A stretch of 62,814 bases of DNA, counting the filler, from Collodictyon triciliatum (lineage: Eukaryota): assembly GCA_043381765.1 (NCBI GenBank). It is 6 parts of 6 records of this genome, joined end to end, with 100 filler letters (N's around TTAATTAATTAA, not from the genome) between each part and the next. Parts side by side here need not be neighbours in the genome. Positions count along the whole stretch, not along the records: positions 55,589 to 62,814 come from JBHJMP010002175.1; 5 more parts are not named here. One strand, written 5' to 3'. This document shows, one piece after another, positions 62,640-62,814 of the stretch. How positions within the stretch are numbered: position 1 is the stretch's first letter; every line of letters begins with the position of its first letter. The notes beneath the pieces are model-generated. The model made no database searches, was not told where the DNA came from, and saw only the letters and a list, made by a program, of their open reading frames with translations. A program made the translations under genes and the position numbers.

Positions 62640-62814
62640 CTAAACACGGATTCAAATGGCAGCTTTGTTAGTTTATGGATAGGAATATCATGAGCTTCAT
62701 GAATTGGCTTAGATTTTTATGTGATGGAAGAAAAAACACGCAGGAAGACAGCCCACCAGTTCAGAAAAAACAAAAACAAAAAAACAAAAACAAAAAAACA
62801 AAAAAAAAAAAAAC

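Overview
Intron-rich, AT-rich eukaryotic genomic DNA, probably from a flagellated protist (inferred from a SAS6-like gene). Six separate segments are joined by artificial N-TTAATTAATTAA-N linkers, so neighbours across linkers are not real neighbours. Host genes are BolA, a DENN Rab-GEF, TRPC4AP-like, importin-13/transportin-3-like, a metacaspase, two tandem SCCPDH-like genes, TPX2-like, a GATA-like Zn-finger protein, a Sel1-repeat protein, a CHD-like pseudo-ATPase with a CxxC array, USP4/11/15-like and SAS6-like. The main discovery is two diverged copies (35853-38261, 52370-54946; minus strand) of a ~2.4-kb transposase-less element encoding a decayed Fanzor (eukaryotic TnpB-like RuvC nuclease). 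The element has Helitron-type ends (A|TC ... hairpin-CTAG|T) and a conserved four-hairpin 3' non-coding region that is a candidate omegaRNA. The two copies have complementary lesions, so their consensus retains the full RuvC D-E-D triad. A second discovery is a family of tiny poly(A)-tailed, TSD-flanked retro-insertions (3' consensus TTGAAYCGAATAAAGG-An) with four copies, all antisense to their hosts. All calls were made by eye, without database searches.
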